The translations under genes were made by a program, and so were the position numbers. The notes beneath the pieces were generated by a model. The model had not been told where the DNA came from. It saw nothing but the letters and a program-made list of their open reading frames with translations, and made no database searches. This document shows, piece by piece, positions 24,267 to 36,834 of a stretch of 64,000 nucleotides of DNA. The DNA comes from Carcharhinus amblyrhynchos (taxonomy: Eukaryota): the NCBI GenBank assembly GCA_965287045.1, contig OZ336881.1:54498001-54562000 (forward strand), given 5' to 3'. Position 1 is the stretch's first letter, and each line of letters opens with the position of its first letter.

Positions 24267-25554
24267 GTCCCAAGCTGAGACTCTGGATTCAGTCTCCAAG
24301 CCCCTGAATGGGGAACTTGACACTTTAACCAACATCAATCAGTCCATTCATAATTTGCTTTTTCTGACATTAAAAACCATCCTATTTTAATATAGATGAA
24401 AATTTGAGGATTGTTGAGTTGAAAACAAGTTGTTTATGGCTTTCTTTGGCTTGTGAGGAATAAATTTTGCCAGGTAGAAGAGATCCTTCCATTTTTCTGG
24501 CTTCACACATGGTTTTAATGTGAGTTGTAGTTTCAGCCCCTCCGATCAACAGCAAAAGAAACGAAGTCTTGTAACTGGCTGCTGATCAGAGCAACTCCAA
24601 CTGTTGTGCTTTGCATTTGATCTGTTCATGAAGTTTTGGCATGGATCCTGATGGAAAGGAAAGAATGTCAAGTATAGAGCCATGAACCAAACTAAACTAT
24701 TGGAAAAAATATGCTGCAGGAGATCAGTAAAATAACTATTCTTGTCATTGAAAAGTCTAATTAGAAAATGTTGTATGGCACAAAAATCCTTGGCTCAAAT
24801 GACGAATGTGAACTTCGCTGATTGTTTTACATTTGTCACTGGGATTTTTCAGGTAATCACAAATCAAGTCCATTCGCTTGACAGCAATTTTCCAATTACC
24901 ATTGGGCATGCACTGCCGAACCAACCCATTAAGTTATTTATTTTTCTTTCAAAATGAGCAACCTGGAGCTAACAACTACAGATCAAACCACTCATAGTTC
25001 TTTCATTGTCTTCAGTCTTTACTTTCATTCCGTCGGACCGGTGCCTGTAATTAACATTTGCAACTTAATACACATTTCTGTGAAAAGAAAACACAAAATG
25101 TACCCTTAAAATCATTTAATGGTGGAAATTTTTAAAGAGGTTTTCCAAAATAGATCTAATTTTGACATTTCACAGGGAAGGCAAAGGATCCAAAAATAGA
25201 TTTTTCCTTTTCAGTGTTTTACATTGACTTAAGCCATTAGATTTTAAAAAAAACTTGTGGTATTCTGGGTAAGGTTTTCTTGGCACTTTGAAGGAATGAT
25301 GCGTGCTTCAGAGAAAAGGGGAGGTCGTTGGCTTAGGTTGTGCAAGCTGTGGAGGACGAATATTGCTGGTATCTTGTTGCATTTACAGTTACCCACACAC
25401 TTTTCCTGGGCTTTTGCACGATGGCTTACAGCAAATAGAGGTCCACTGTAGGGTAGTGCTTCAAACGAGGGGCCTGCGACCTGTGCAAGCAACAACTCAC
25501 TTTCAACCTACCAGATTGAAGAGCATTTATTGCGACAGGGTTTAAAGCAGGAAG

Positions 25555-25915
25555 AAAACAAAGCACTGGAAAAAGCGAGCAGGTCTGGCAGCATCGGTGG
25601 AGAAAGAAACAAAGTTAACATTTTGAGTCTGCATTACTCTTTGGAACCTCGAGGGAGAAATGTGATGAGTTGGTGCAAAATAGAAAGTCTGGGATAGCTA
25701 GGAACTTACCTATCCCTGACCTTTTGTTTTACACCATTCCCTCTAAATAGAACAAAATCCATCACGTTTCTCCCTCTCTTGAACTCTGAAGAAGTCATAT
25801 GGACTCAACACATTAACACTTCCTTTTTCCATGGATGCTGCCAGACCTGCTGAGTTTTTCCAGCATTTTCTCTTTTCGTTTCAGATTTCCAGCATCGGCA
25901 ATATTTTGCTTTTGT
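25555..25915. mobile_element. Fold-back element made of two inverted Penelope-derived ends
   Basis: Left ctggaaaaagcgagcaggtctggcagcatc pairs with right gatgctgccagacctgctgagtttttccag; centre gggatag...ctatccc near 25700. Confidence 0.7.
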
Positions 25916-26675
25916 GAAAACAGCAAGTGTAAGCTAGAATTTTTAATACAACATGACATCATGTACAGCGAAATAGGCAGAGAAAGCAAGATGGGTTGAA
26001 AGAGGAATGTGCAAATCTTTTAAATATATTTAGTAGTTAAAGTCTGAGGGAATGAGGTTTCCAGTTGAAAATGTTCAATGCCAGAGTGGTGGTTCATGAG
26101 TAATTTAACTATTACATCACTAAGTTTCACTTATACTTGAATGAATAAGCAGCGACTTTTTCATAACATGTTTAGTAACTATTGTTGTGTATTTTAGTGC
26201 TGAGGCTCTTGATAATGTATTGGTGTAACAAAACTTCTGGAGGCACAGGGCAACTTTGACAGTAACTTTTTGATTTATAGTACTGCTCATTTTGCTTTCC
26301 ATACCAATGCTGACAGTCATTGAGAAACTTAAATAGTGAATTGCAAATCCATTGTTGAAATATCTATCGACTGGGAAACGATGGTAAAAATGTATTTTGT
26401 AGTCATGTAGACATCTAAGCAAAGGAAGGAAAGTATAAAGAGGAAATAGGGGCTGGTGTCTTGGTCCTACTTGTGCTAAATTATTTTCCACTAATTCCTC
26501 ACGTCCATATTTTATGGGCCTGTAGTTTGGAAATGGCAGTTCTTGCCGCATCGGTGGCTAAATCCTAAACTATCAAAAAATAATGCCATCAGCAAATTGA
26601 AATGTATGCAAATAGACTTGCAATTTGTATGTGGCTCCATGGTATGCATCTCAGCACCTGCAAGGACAACCCAAT

Positions 26676-26968
26676 TGGTGGCACAGTGGTTAGCACAGCT
26701 GCCTCACAACACCAGGGACTTGGGTTTGATTCCTGGCTTGGGTCACTGTCTGTGTAGAAACTGCATGTTCTCCCCACGTCTGCATGAATTTCCTCCGGGT
26801 GCTTCGATTTCCTCCCACAGTCCAAAAGACGTGCTGGTTAGGTGCATTTGCCCTGCTACCTTCTCCTTCAGTGTACTCAACAGGCGCCAGAGTGTGGCGA
26901 CTAGGGGAGTTTCACAGTTACTTCATCACACTGTTAATATAAACCCACTTGTGACACTAATAAATAAT
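26676..26968 (+). mobile_element. V-SINE, B tail
   Basis: Head, core and B tail (cttgtgacactaataaataa). Confidence 0.85.
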
Positions 26969-27029
26969 CTTAATAAACTCTTAAACTTAGTTCGAGCATC
27001 CCTGTCCCACATATTAAATCTAGTAATAC

Positions 27030-27250
27030 TAAACCATACAAAGCCCCAGGTTCAGTTTCTGGTCTGCACTGAGTTGACTTAGGTCATATGGGGTAATATT
27101 TAGATGTTTGGTTTATGACAATAGATAATTTATCAGAGCTCTTGATCACCTGGTGGTCTTGACTGGGTAGTGCATGATCCCAGTTGGAAAGTGCTTGGAT
27201 GAAGGAAGGACTTGGTTGTGATGGCCTCTGTTGAAGAGGCTAGTAGTACT
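27030..27250 (+). mobile_element. Unclassified old tRNA-SINE-like relic
   Basis: B-box-like ccccaggttcagtttctggtctg; a loosely similar reverse-oriented stretch lies at ~56330-56530. Confidence 0.3.
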
Positions 27251-27260
27251 TATTATCTAT

Positions 27261-27391
27261 GATGTGGAGATGCTGGAGTTGGACTGGGGTGGGCACAGTA
27301 AGAAGTCTCTCAACACCAGATTAAAGCCCAACACGTTTAATTGGCAGCACGAGCTTTCGGAGCTCTGCTTCACTTACCTGATGAAGGAGCA
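27261..27391. mobile_element. Penelope-derived short insert, family 2, with split hammerhead halves
   Basis: 5' part gatgtggagatg...ggactgggg...acagtaagaagtctc is shared with 60983-61038. CTGATGAAGGAGCA is on +, gctccGAAAgctcg on -. Confidence 0.6.
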
Positions 27392-29002
27392 ATCTCACTA
27401 TCTAGGCACACATGAAGAATGGTCAGTTTGTCAAGGCATTGGTTGGCTCCTCGTGTGCGTATGAGCATGCCCTGGCCTGTAGGAGAGGAGGTAGTTTGCT
27501 TGGATTTGTGAACACCCTTGTTTTCTTGATTTTATTTTTGATTATTGGCTGTGCCCAAGTCTCTCTCTGGAGCTTCAGCCTCTCCTGGAAGATTGATGAT
27601 TGCCACCTCAAATTCCATTTACAAACAGTTAAATAATTAAAATATTTTTATATTTCCTACACTCTTCTTGAATCTTTTAACTGCAGTAGTGATTACCAAA
27701 ATATATTTTCCACATGGTATATGCAGTCACTAAATGATAACCACGCTTTCACACTTACACGTGGACGGTCCTTTAGAGTAGCTATAATTCTTGAAACTTA
27801 AGTTGTATCAATCTGACCTAATTGAAATCATGCGTGTGTCACATTGGATGCATTGTTCATGAGGCAAAGATATTAATACTGACTCTTCGGTCCACCATCC
27901 ACAGTAATTGAGCCAGTGCAGTGTGATGATCCCCGTGTGATATTGTGCTTCAAGGGAGCATTTCAGGTGTATTGGGTGGAGGATTCAAGAACCACCTGCC
28001 TCTCAACTGATTCATATCAGCACCCACAGCCCTTGCCAACTTCAGAGTTCCTTCTGAAACAAGCTAAGAAAAAAATGAAGGTGATTTTGTTGTTGAAAAA
28101 TGAGAAAGACCAAAGCTTCAATGGCGATTAAGTTGTGGGCATATAAGGATGTTTAGGACTCTTTAAGCTTGCAATGAAAGAGCTGCCAGCGGGGCAGGGA
28201 GATATTCAGGCATTTTATTCCGAAATCCGCGGGGGGGAGGGGTGTTTTCAGGGCTCACGTCCCAAACTTCGCTGCAAAACAACTTGTAGTTTATTTTTAA
28301 AATATATTTTAGATGTTCGTGTTAAAGACAATTAACGATGTTATCTGTTTTAGCTGTCAATTCTAACGGCGCGGAGAAGGGCTTTTTACGATCTGGTGAA
28401 TTGTGCGCCTTGACTTGTTGTACAGTGGGACGGAGTAATGCTGAGAAGCGCCTCAGAGTGGCGCTCCAGCTCCACCCTTTCTGTGTCTGCAGTTCAGTGC
28501 TCATATCAAGTTGTAAAGTTCTACACAGCCATCGTATAAATAGTAACTCTTGAGGAAAGGGAGTTGAGGGAGAACTCACGGCTGATTTCAAGTCCTGAGC
28601 CGGATGCCTCTAGTTTTAAACACAAATATAGGAAATGTTGTACAAGATTGCTTCCGCTCCAACCAACCGACCGCAAGAGAATGAATTAGTGCCACGATAA
28701 CAGGGTTTGACTCGTTCCAAGCACAGATCCATATTATAGTCATCAGACCTCCGAAAGGCCAGCTTTGTGCCATATGAGGTAATGTAGCAGCACATCAAGG
28801 GAATTTGGTTTGGAGATCAAAAGAAATATTGTATCTCGTTTCGAGAGGGCTTATTAAATTAATGTCCTGTATGGGATTGGTAATGCCAAGAAATATTCTA
28901 ATGAGCCATCACCTGGGGGTCAGGTGAGTGTTCAGAAAAATTAACCGTATACCTTCATTTATGCTTTTGATTATCTTTCGTAAACTGGTTAATCTATTTC
29001 AG

Positions 29003-29149
29003 ATTAAAATTAAATCGGAAGACAGTGCAACATGGAACATTTTACGTGACGACTTCATGATGGGAGCTACAATGAAAGACTGGGATAAAGAGAGTGAGGA
29101 TGAAGCAACGGCGAAAGGAGATGCCCATGAGAGTGATTCAGACCGATAA
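29003..29149 (+). CDS. RRP15: RRP15 coding exon 5 (last)
   Basis: Acceptor ctatttcag; [34 protein letters not shown]...*, the conserved RRP15 C-terminal [14 protein letters not shown] motif; total CDS 735 nt. Confidence 0.95.
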   Translation: MKIKSEDSATWNILRDDFMMGATMKDWDKESEDEATAKGDAHESDSDR

Positions 29150-29276
29150 ACCTTGTGATGGCTTATACTTGGCGGAAGCCAACATGAACTGCAATAATGC
29201 TCATTCTGTGAATGTGTGAAATTGTGAGAGAGAACTGCCTTCTAAATGAACCATTGTTCCTTTCTAAGAACTCTAA

Positions 29277-29282
29277 AATAAA
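29277..29282 (+). terminator. Candidate RRP15 polyadenylation signal
   Basis: First AATAAA after the stop codon, followed ~20 nt later by GT/T-rich cgttgtattttgtg. Confidence 0.6.
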
Positions 29283-30890
29283 CGTGTTCTAAATCTTTAC
29301 ATTCCGTTGTATTTTGTGCCCAGATCCCTTCAGAGTTGAGTGAGCATTTAGAATCCATGCTGGTTGGAATAGTAATACGGATTCAGTGAAAAGTATTAGA
29401 GTGATGCTTGTACGTCTTCCCACCCTCGCCGAGGGTGCACCAAGCGTTCATTCTCCCTTAAGCACAGCAGACACCTGAGGTTCACCCACAAGGAGCTATT
29501 TTGGTGTTTCGCGGGGAAATGGGGTGAGAATAGGAACCCACAGAGTAATGCGATAAAGGACCAGTTAATCTTGGAAAAATAGCCACGATACTTCGCCAGA
29601 CCTCATCACCCTTCTTTAGCATCCACCTGAACAGCCAGATAGGACATCTTCCGTCTCGGTGAAGCATCACTTACAACCACTAAGTGACTTCGCCCAGTCC
29701 TCAGATGGGGATTGTTGCTGTAAACGAAAAATATGTAAAATGTTTCCGAACATGTAGCACTTGTTTATAAACCATGTGTATCTATACATAGGGCAGCACA
29801 TGTAGATTTGGAGGTCATTGTGAATGGAGCGAGGCGGGGAGTTGTTGGCCGGGGGTGTGGGGGGTGCGTTGGAATACTGATATTTGCTTTGAGCTGTGTG
29901 TTTTATTTGAGTGCACGTTCTTTTTTGGAAGGGAGAATTCATTCCAATGGCGCTGCCGAGTCTGAATCACTTTTATTTTCCCCATACGATGTGGAAATAT
30001 TTGTCCAGCTGTCTTGTTGGTTTAGAAACTGAGCTACACGTCCTACTGTCTAGTGGAATTTTCTGAGTCACGTAGGTGGACGATTTCTCAAGCGGTGAGG
30101 ATTGCCCTGTCACTGAGACAATGTAATGCAGAGAGCACCATTCTGTGGATATGGCCAGTGCGGTGCCCCCTGGGCCCTAGCGCCCCTTTCCACTCCCAAT
30201 ATTATTTTGATCCTTACTGACAAAAGTCACATTTTTTAAAAAAAAATCTGAAGCGAGATAAAACCATGTATTTTTTAACAGGATATTTAATGACAAGTAG
30301 AAAAGCTGTGAAGGAAACAACGGGGCCCCGTCCCCTTTAATATTGTTAAACTGAAAAGCATTGAACTGTCTACAAGAAGTTGCGTAACTCCGCAAAGCAC
30401 AGTTTGAGTGTGCAGTAAATCCCTGAATGGAAACGTTACAGATGAGAGAAACGCCAGGTCTTCTTAACAAGAGACCTCATCTCGCAGTGACTCACAACAA
30501 CTCGAAGCAAGAGTTCATCCTCACTGGGTTTGTGTGCGAGTCTCTTTGATCCTGTGCTTTCCCAGTCAGAGCTTTGTATTTTCCTCCACCGTGCGGCTTT
30601 TTGCCTATTGAGAGATCAAGCAGCATTCGGAGTAAACAGAGACCGGTGCTGGTGCTCTCTGATGCCACACGTGTTAAATAGTTTCAGTACAGTTTCATGT
30701 TTTAAGATAGTCTGTGATCGCCTGCACAGCTTCGTGCTGTGTGGTTTAAGGTGGTCGCTGAATCCAAGATGTCTTCAAAGGAAGAGGGTGTACTTTGATA
30801 GGGATACAAAGTGGCGACTCGGCTATTGCCAAGTTTACTCATGCTACAAATTCACCGACTCCACTTTGAATATTCCTGCCACCGCTGATA

Positions 30891-30965
30891 AGGGGGTTTT
30901 CACAGTAACTTCATTGCAGTGTTAATATAAGCCTACTTGTGACGCTAATAAATAAAGTTAAACTT
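30891..30965 (+). mobile_element. Isolated B-type SINE tail
   Basis: ggggttttcacagtaacttcattgcagtgttaatataagcctacttgtgacgctaataaataaa only. Confidence 0.8.
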
Positions 30966-31351
30966 AAGATGAGTGAAATAAATCTTAATACTATCTTGCA
31001 AAAAAAATGTCTGTTGTGGAATTTTGCCCACTGCGTCTATTCCAGCCCACCCCCCGAAGGGCGCTGGTAAACAAATGCTATATAGTTACTGCTTCATATT
31101 ATCCAGTGGTACAGTTGGGAAGCAAATCCCCTCGAAACATTGGATACCAGCCCGTGTTACATTTTCCAGAAAGCTGGCGTTTTAAAATGCCAATTCTGTG
31201 AGTCCGCCTGGAGTTGCGCCTGAGCGCAGTCAGCAGCGGGGGTTCGGGTGGGTGGGCGCTAGAAGAGAGCAAGTGGGGTGGGGGGCGGCAGCTGCCTGTC
31301 AGTGGGCAGCCTGTTAACGAAGGCAGAGGAATCTTCCATCGGTCGGACCCC

Positions 31352-31433
31352 CACGTCATTGCAGGGAGGCAACACGTGGTAAAGTGAGACTTTATAAAGG
31401 TCTCCCTGTGCAGCCTGATGTTATCTGCTGGCA
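31352..31433 (+). promoter_or_regulatory. TGFB2 core promoter: CRE/ATF, E-box, TATA box, start-site motif
   Basis: CACGTCA 31352-31358, CACGTG 31373-31378, TATAAA 31393-31398, TGATGTTATCTGCTGGCA 31416-31433; same order as recalled for the human TGFB2 promoter and transcript start. Confidence 0.8.
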
Positions 31434-31465
31434 ACTTGCTCTGTAACACGCACACTGTACAGGCT

Positions 31466-31496
31466 GTCTCTCTCTCTCTCTCACACTCTCTCTCAC
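31466..31496 (+). repeat. (TC)n microsatellite in the TGFB2 leader
   Basis: gtctctctctctctctcacactctctctcac. Confidence 0.8.
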
Positions 31497-32219
31497 TTCC
31501 AGCCTGGGCTCTCAGACTAGGATGAAACAGCGAAAGTAACGGTTCGCCAATGACGTGAGGCTCCCAACTTCGGGTTTAGATACAATTTTTTTTAACCCAA
31601 CCTCTTTCCCCTCTTTTTCGTTTTTTGGGAAAAGAAAAATCGAGCTTCGCTTTTGCCAAATTAATTGGGTGTGTGTGTACTTTTTTTGTGTGCATTAAGA
31701 TTCTCTCCCTTTTTAACTTCACCCTGGACCCCAGGCGAATCAGGAGAATTCAGGAGCTCGGTGGAATAAAGTTGGCAACTTTATAACTGGAGAAAAAAAA
31801 AGCAAAAGATTTTTTTTGGAGAGAGAGAGAGTGGGGGGAGAGGGAAGTTTGGGAGAAGTTAAAAGATTTCCTCTGGACGGCGATGAAGTGAAGAAGGTGT
31901 GTTTATCTTCGGCAGAAAGCAACGTTAGCGCCTGGACTGCAACTTCAGGGAGAAGCCAGCACTTGGCAAAGTCACTGAATAGTGCACAGGACTTGGGAAA
32001 TCAAGGTTAAACAATAGCAACAATAAACGTGCCTCTCCTCTTTTTTTTGCTCTGTTTTCTTGTAAATATTTAACTTGTTTTGTTTTCGCCTGACGATCTG
32101 CAGCCGCTTTTTTTTCTGCTTTCCCCCCACCTACCCTGCCACACCACCCACTTTCTCTCTCCACACCCCCCCCCCCCCTCACTCTCTCTCTCCAACTTAC
32201 CAGCTGCCCAGCTTTGAAA

Positions 32220-32565
32220 ATGCACAGCTCCATTTTCACTGTTTTTCTCACGCTGGATTTCGCAATGATCGCCGCTTGCCTGTCGACCTGCAACACCCTC
32301 GACATGGAGCAGTTCATGAAGAAGAGGATCGAGGCCATCCGAGGGCAAATCCTCAGCAAACTCAAACTCACCAACCCCCCGGAACACTACCCGGAGCCCG
32401 AGGAGGTCTCGACAGACGTGATCGCGATTTACAACAGCACCAGGGATTTGCTACTGGAGAAAGCGAACGAGAGGGCTGCCACTTGCGAGAGGGAGAGGAG
32501 CGAGGAGGAATATTATGCCAAAGAAGTTTACAAGATTGACATGAACCCATTTAGCTCTCCTGAAA
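32220..32565 (+). CDS. TGFB2: Transforming growth factor beta-2 proprotein, coding exon 1 (signal peptide + LAP N-terminus)
   Basis: [51 protein letters not shown]...[20 protein letters not shown], with TGFB2-specific residues; donor gtaagc at 32566; 346 nt, phase 1; RRP15 synteny. Confidence 0.96.
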
Positions 32566-35500
32566 GTAAGCCATGGGCAGCACATTAAAGAGATTGCATC
32601 CCCCTTTTTGACACAGAGACTGTAATATATTTAGCAACCAAGTCCCTAAAATATTTCAAATACCCCTCCACATTTGGCTAAAGACGTACGATTGGCAATA
32701 CCTCATTTAAAATAAGAGTACAGCAGTTTTAATATCCCACCTGTGTCTGCAAGAGGGGATGCAGTTCCTCTTTAAGGCTAAAACGGGGTTTGCATGCACA
32801 GTTTCGCGAAGAAATTCGGTTGGCTTTCGCGCTATTTTTTATGTAATATGTTATATATGTGTGTGTTTGTGTACAGAAAGGCATCTGAAGTTCAGCGTTC
32901 GCCTGTCTGTAGACTTGCAATTTGCCAAGTGACACGACTGGGGAAATATAGCAATGGCATTTTTGGCCGGGGGTGGGGTGGGGGAGGCAGCGCTGAGTTT
33001 GCTTATTTTTGTAGCGGTAACTTGGGTGGTGGGCAAGTGTGCACAGTCGCCTGGCCGCGGTTCTGGGACAGTATCCCGTGCAAATCAAATCTAAAATATT
33101 CATCACACACAATCTCCGAACCTGCTGTCTTCAGTGGAAATGCTGACATTCCAAGACAGGTGCTGTGTAAACAAACACGGCAGTCAGGCAAAGGGATAAA
33201 TATTCGGATCTCCAGCGACTGTTTAACCCACTCCGCGCTGAAACTGCCCGTCCTGCGCTGCTTTCCAAACGGCTCCCTTTAGATTCTTTCGCACAGAATA
33301 AACGTGGCTGGTGCATCGCGCTTTTTGTTTTGGCATTGTAGAATGTGAGGATTGCTACATCTTTTAAAAAAACGCAACCAGTAACTATTGTTAAAAAAAC
33401 CCTCATAAACATTGTTGCAAACCTCATAATATGAACAAAGGAAATCTATACTTTGTGATCTTTAAGATCTGCTCAAGTCACTGTGAGATTTCTCAAGGGA
33501 AGCACCCACGAGAAACAAACTGTGGGATCTTTCCAACGATGCGATGCAGAGTCGATGGGCCGAAGTTCCTCTTCTGCACTGTGTGACTGTGATTTAATTT
33601 TCTTTAGACGAGATTCCTACTTTTTTTGGTCGAACTTAAACGTGTTAAATAGCAAACTATTGGACGGGTGTCAAAGCATCTCCATGGGTCAGAGCAGTGG
33701 CTGTTCAATTCGAACAACTGAGAGTCAGTCCAGTGCCAGTTGTGTGTTGAGTTCAGACAACAGCTCTTCATAACAAAGCTCCCCACTCTACCCCCTTTTC
33801 CCCTCCCAGCTATCCGTTATTTCTGTCCAGAACACGTGCACGCTCAGCCACTCTGTACCAGGTTAATTGCAGAGAAACACCCCGCCTCGCAATCCCTGGG
33901 TGTACAGTTTCACATACAGTGCTATCCCTGGCCGTAACAAAAATACCGTCAAACTCCAGCCTGGGCTCAACGCCAACCTCATTACGTACCAGGAGTGGGC
34001 CAGAGGGATAGGGATGAGATACCAATTATGATATCAGAGCAATTTAGACATTAAAAAAAGGAAAAGTTTCCTTGCTCGCATTTATTGACCTGAAGCAAGT
34101 TGTTCTACTTTCAGGGGAGTGACGGGAAAACTTGCATTTTCTATAATTCACTGGGAATCAAATCTCCCGACTGCACCTTCTTAGTTTTTTTTTAAAAAAA
34201 GGACAAATAGTTTTGCTAACCAATCAGAAATTTGACTCGATTAGCTATCCGTGCTTGCAAAATATAAAATGCCCCAACAGTTGGTGGGTTCTGAAGATGA
34301 GTGCCGAGAAAGGGCAAGGGTGATTGGGATAGATTTCTCTTGAACTAGAAAACATAAATCCTCAGTAATATTCTTGTAATCGCCTGGGAAGCAAATTTCA
34401 AATCTGTTGCAAATCCGTGTGCTCTGAACCACTTCACTCTGAAGCGTACACGCAGAATTTCCTCAGTGAAGTTTGTGGGCGTGTGGCTACTCTGGTGAAT
34501 AGTTTCAAACCCAGACTGCTGGGAGGGCGAGATCTGATTGTGCATAATGAAATTGTTTGCGTTTTTATCAGTGTGTGGGGGGATTAAGTTTGGAATCATG
34601 ACAATATAATAACCGGGGCGGGGGCAGAATGAAATCGCCTCCTTGCCTGGAAGTTGGAAAACTTTCTGGAGTGGCGTGAGGTGCCGAGAAGTGTTATATA
34701 AACGCGGTTCTTTTCCTGTATGTCGACATAATTTGGCACTAATGGTGGCTAAACTCCGAACATCTTGCTCTGAAATGTACGCTCTGTGTTCCTGGTTCAA
34801 ATCCCCAGAGCCCAGATTAATGGTCTCTGCCTCTGAGACCTGTGCCTTTTTAAAATTTTATTCCATTCTTGAAATTAGGAGGGCAATTCGCAGTGGACAG
34901 GACAAGCCGTGAACCCACCCCGAAACCAACTGTAATTCAGACTGAAGCCAATTCATGGACCCCTAAGAGAGACATACAAGATGCAAGCTGACGAGAACAG
35001 GCATTGCACCTGATGCTAAGCTTGGTCTGACACTTAAGGCAAAAGGCCGATGACTTGTGTTCAGCCAAAACTCTCTGTCCGTGCGTAAAGGACAGGTTCC
35101 AATCACCAAACTGCACTATTCTGTCTGTGTGTGTTTAGTTAATAACTCCAACGTTGCGCCATTCAGATTCTGACACTGAGTTGCAGGCTCCTAATCCAAG
35201 GCTAGGCGCTCTCTATCCCCTCCACCTGGCTGCTGCTGCAACCTCTCTGATCTTGCTGCTTCTGTGTATCTGAATGAACAGATTTCAGCCACTCAGATCC
35301 TGAGTCAGGGCAGTGGGCTGTGGCCGCAGTGAGGAACAGTCAGGCAGATGTATATCAGCATTGACAGACAGGGGCTGGAGAGGGAGTGAGCCAGTACCTT
35401 GCAACCATTTCTGCAGAATGAAACGATGGTGCAGATGTTTAAAGATGATCGGAAGGTTAGTCCATGTCAGGCATAGCTCCACAAGAAGCGAGCAAATGTG

Positions 35501-36310
35501 GAATGTCACCGTCTTCTACAAGGCAGGACTGTGAGAAGCTCAGATACCAGTTCCCTGCATTAAAAAGCAGAAGTTGCTGGTATGCCCTTTGCTCGCACCC
35601 CCACCCAGCCTCAGGGCCGAACTTCGTGAGCCACAGATTTTGGAAGTTTTTTTTCAGTATTTACTTCTTCCCACCATTGGCCACAATCATAAACTGTATT
35701 TGGCACCAGTTCTTGGACATCGCCCCCTTTTGCATTAGTTGCAGTGTGCGCCTCTCTGAAAATACATTTCAACAACTTTCTCCTTTTAAAAGTCAACAAC
35801 ACGCCTGCAGACCGGCGTTTCAGAGATCTCCCTTTAATGATGCCTCTCCAGGGCGGCATTTGATGTCAGTAGGCACGGCCAGAAACCAGTTAGAGAATTC
35901 TCCTGGAAAGCAGATTTGATTTATAAATGCTGCATTGAGTTTCAGAACCCCGTCACTTCCGAGTCAATATTCAACCAACTGGTTCGCTTTCCTGAAACGC
36001 TGGGATTTCCTGCACCTTGCACCGCAACTGATGCCAAAGTTTAGGAAGCAGCAGATAGCAAGTGCAGAAGCAACACCACCAATGGTTACCTTCTGCTACA
36101 ACACCTCATCCTCACAGCTCTTTGTCTCTCTCTGCTCCACTATAGCTTCTACTATTGTGCAGAACGTGGGTCCCATTGGGGAGGACCTTTCCAACTGCCG
36201 CCTGCATGGGAGGAGGAACAAAAGTATATCAGGCCTACTGAGGCTGACAGCACTTTGCTTAACTATAATGCACCCTCTCTGTAAGATTGCTTTCTTTCAT
36301 CATGAAGAAA

Positions 36311-36706
36311 CTAGTCACTGTCTGTGTGGAGTTTGCACATTCTCTGCGTGTCTGCATGGGTTTCCTCTGGGTGCTCTGGTTTCCTCCCACAGTCCAAAGT
36401 TATGCAGATTAGGTTGATTGGCCATGCTAAATTGACCCTAAGTTTTGGGGGGATTAGCAGAGTAAGTATGTGGGGTTATGGGGATAGGGTGGGATTGTTG
36501 TCAGTGCAGACTCGATGGGCTGAATGGCCTCCTTCTGTATTGTAGAAATTCAGTGATTCTTTGAAAATCTGGTTAGGTGCATTGGCCATGTTAAATTCTC
36601 CATCAGTGTACCCAAACAGGTGCCGGACTGTGGCGACGAGAAAATTTTTCACAGTAACTTCACTGCAGTGTTAATGTAAGCCAACTTGTGACGCTAATAA
36701 ATAACC
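36311..36706 (+). mobile_element. HE1-like SINE (36311-36562) followed by a B-type SINE 3' half (36568-36706)
   Basis: V core with CR1-type tail, immediately followed by ctggttaggtgcattggcc...tgtgacgctaataaataa. Confidence 0.8.
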
Positions 36707-36834
36707 AAAACTGATGATAAAGCTCTGGTACTCCCCCTTATGCGAATATCAGTGCCACGGTGCAGCATAGTATTGGCCCATTAATCTATTCCTGGGCATT
36801 GTCTCCACCCACCCCCCACCCCGCCATTAATTGA

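Noticed and set aside
26543-27082. 179-aa ORF, and many similar ORFs containing GHCLCGVCTFSPCL / PPGAPVSSHSPK
   Set aside because: These are translations of the V-SINE core, repeated in dozens of copies; not genes.
32075-32539. 154-aa alternative-frame ORF (and antisense ORFs) over TGFB2 exon 1
   Set aside because: Starts at TTG and is a shadow of the GC3-rich CDS plus low-complexity leader; no independent support.
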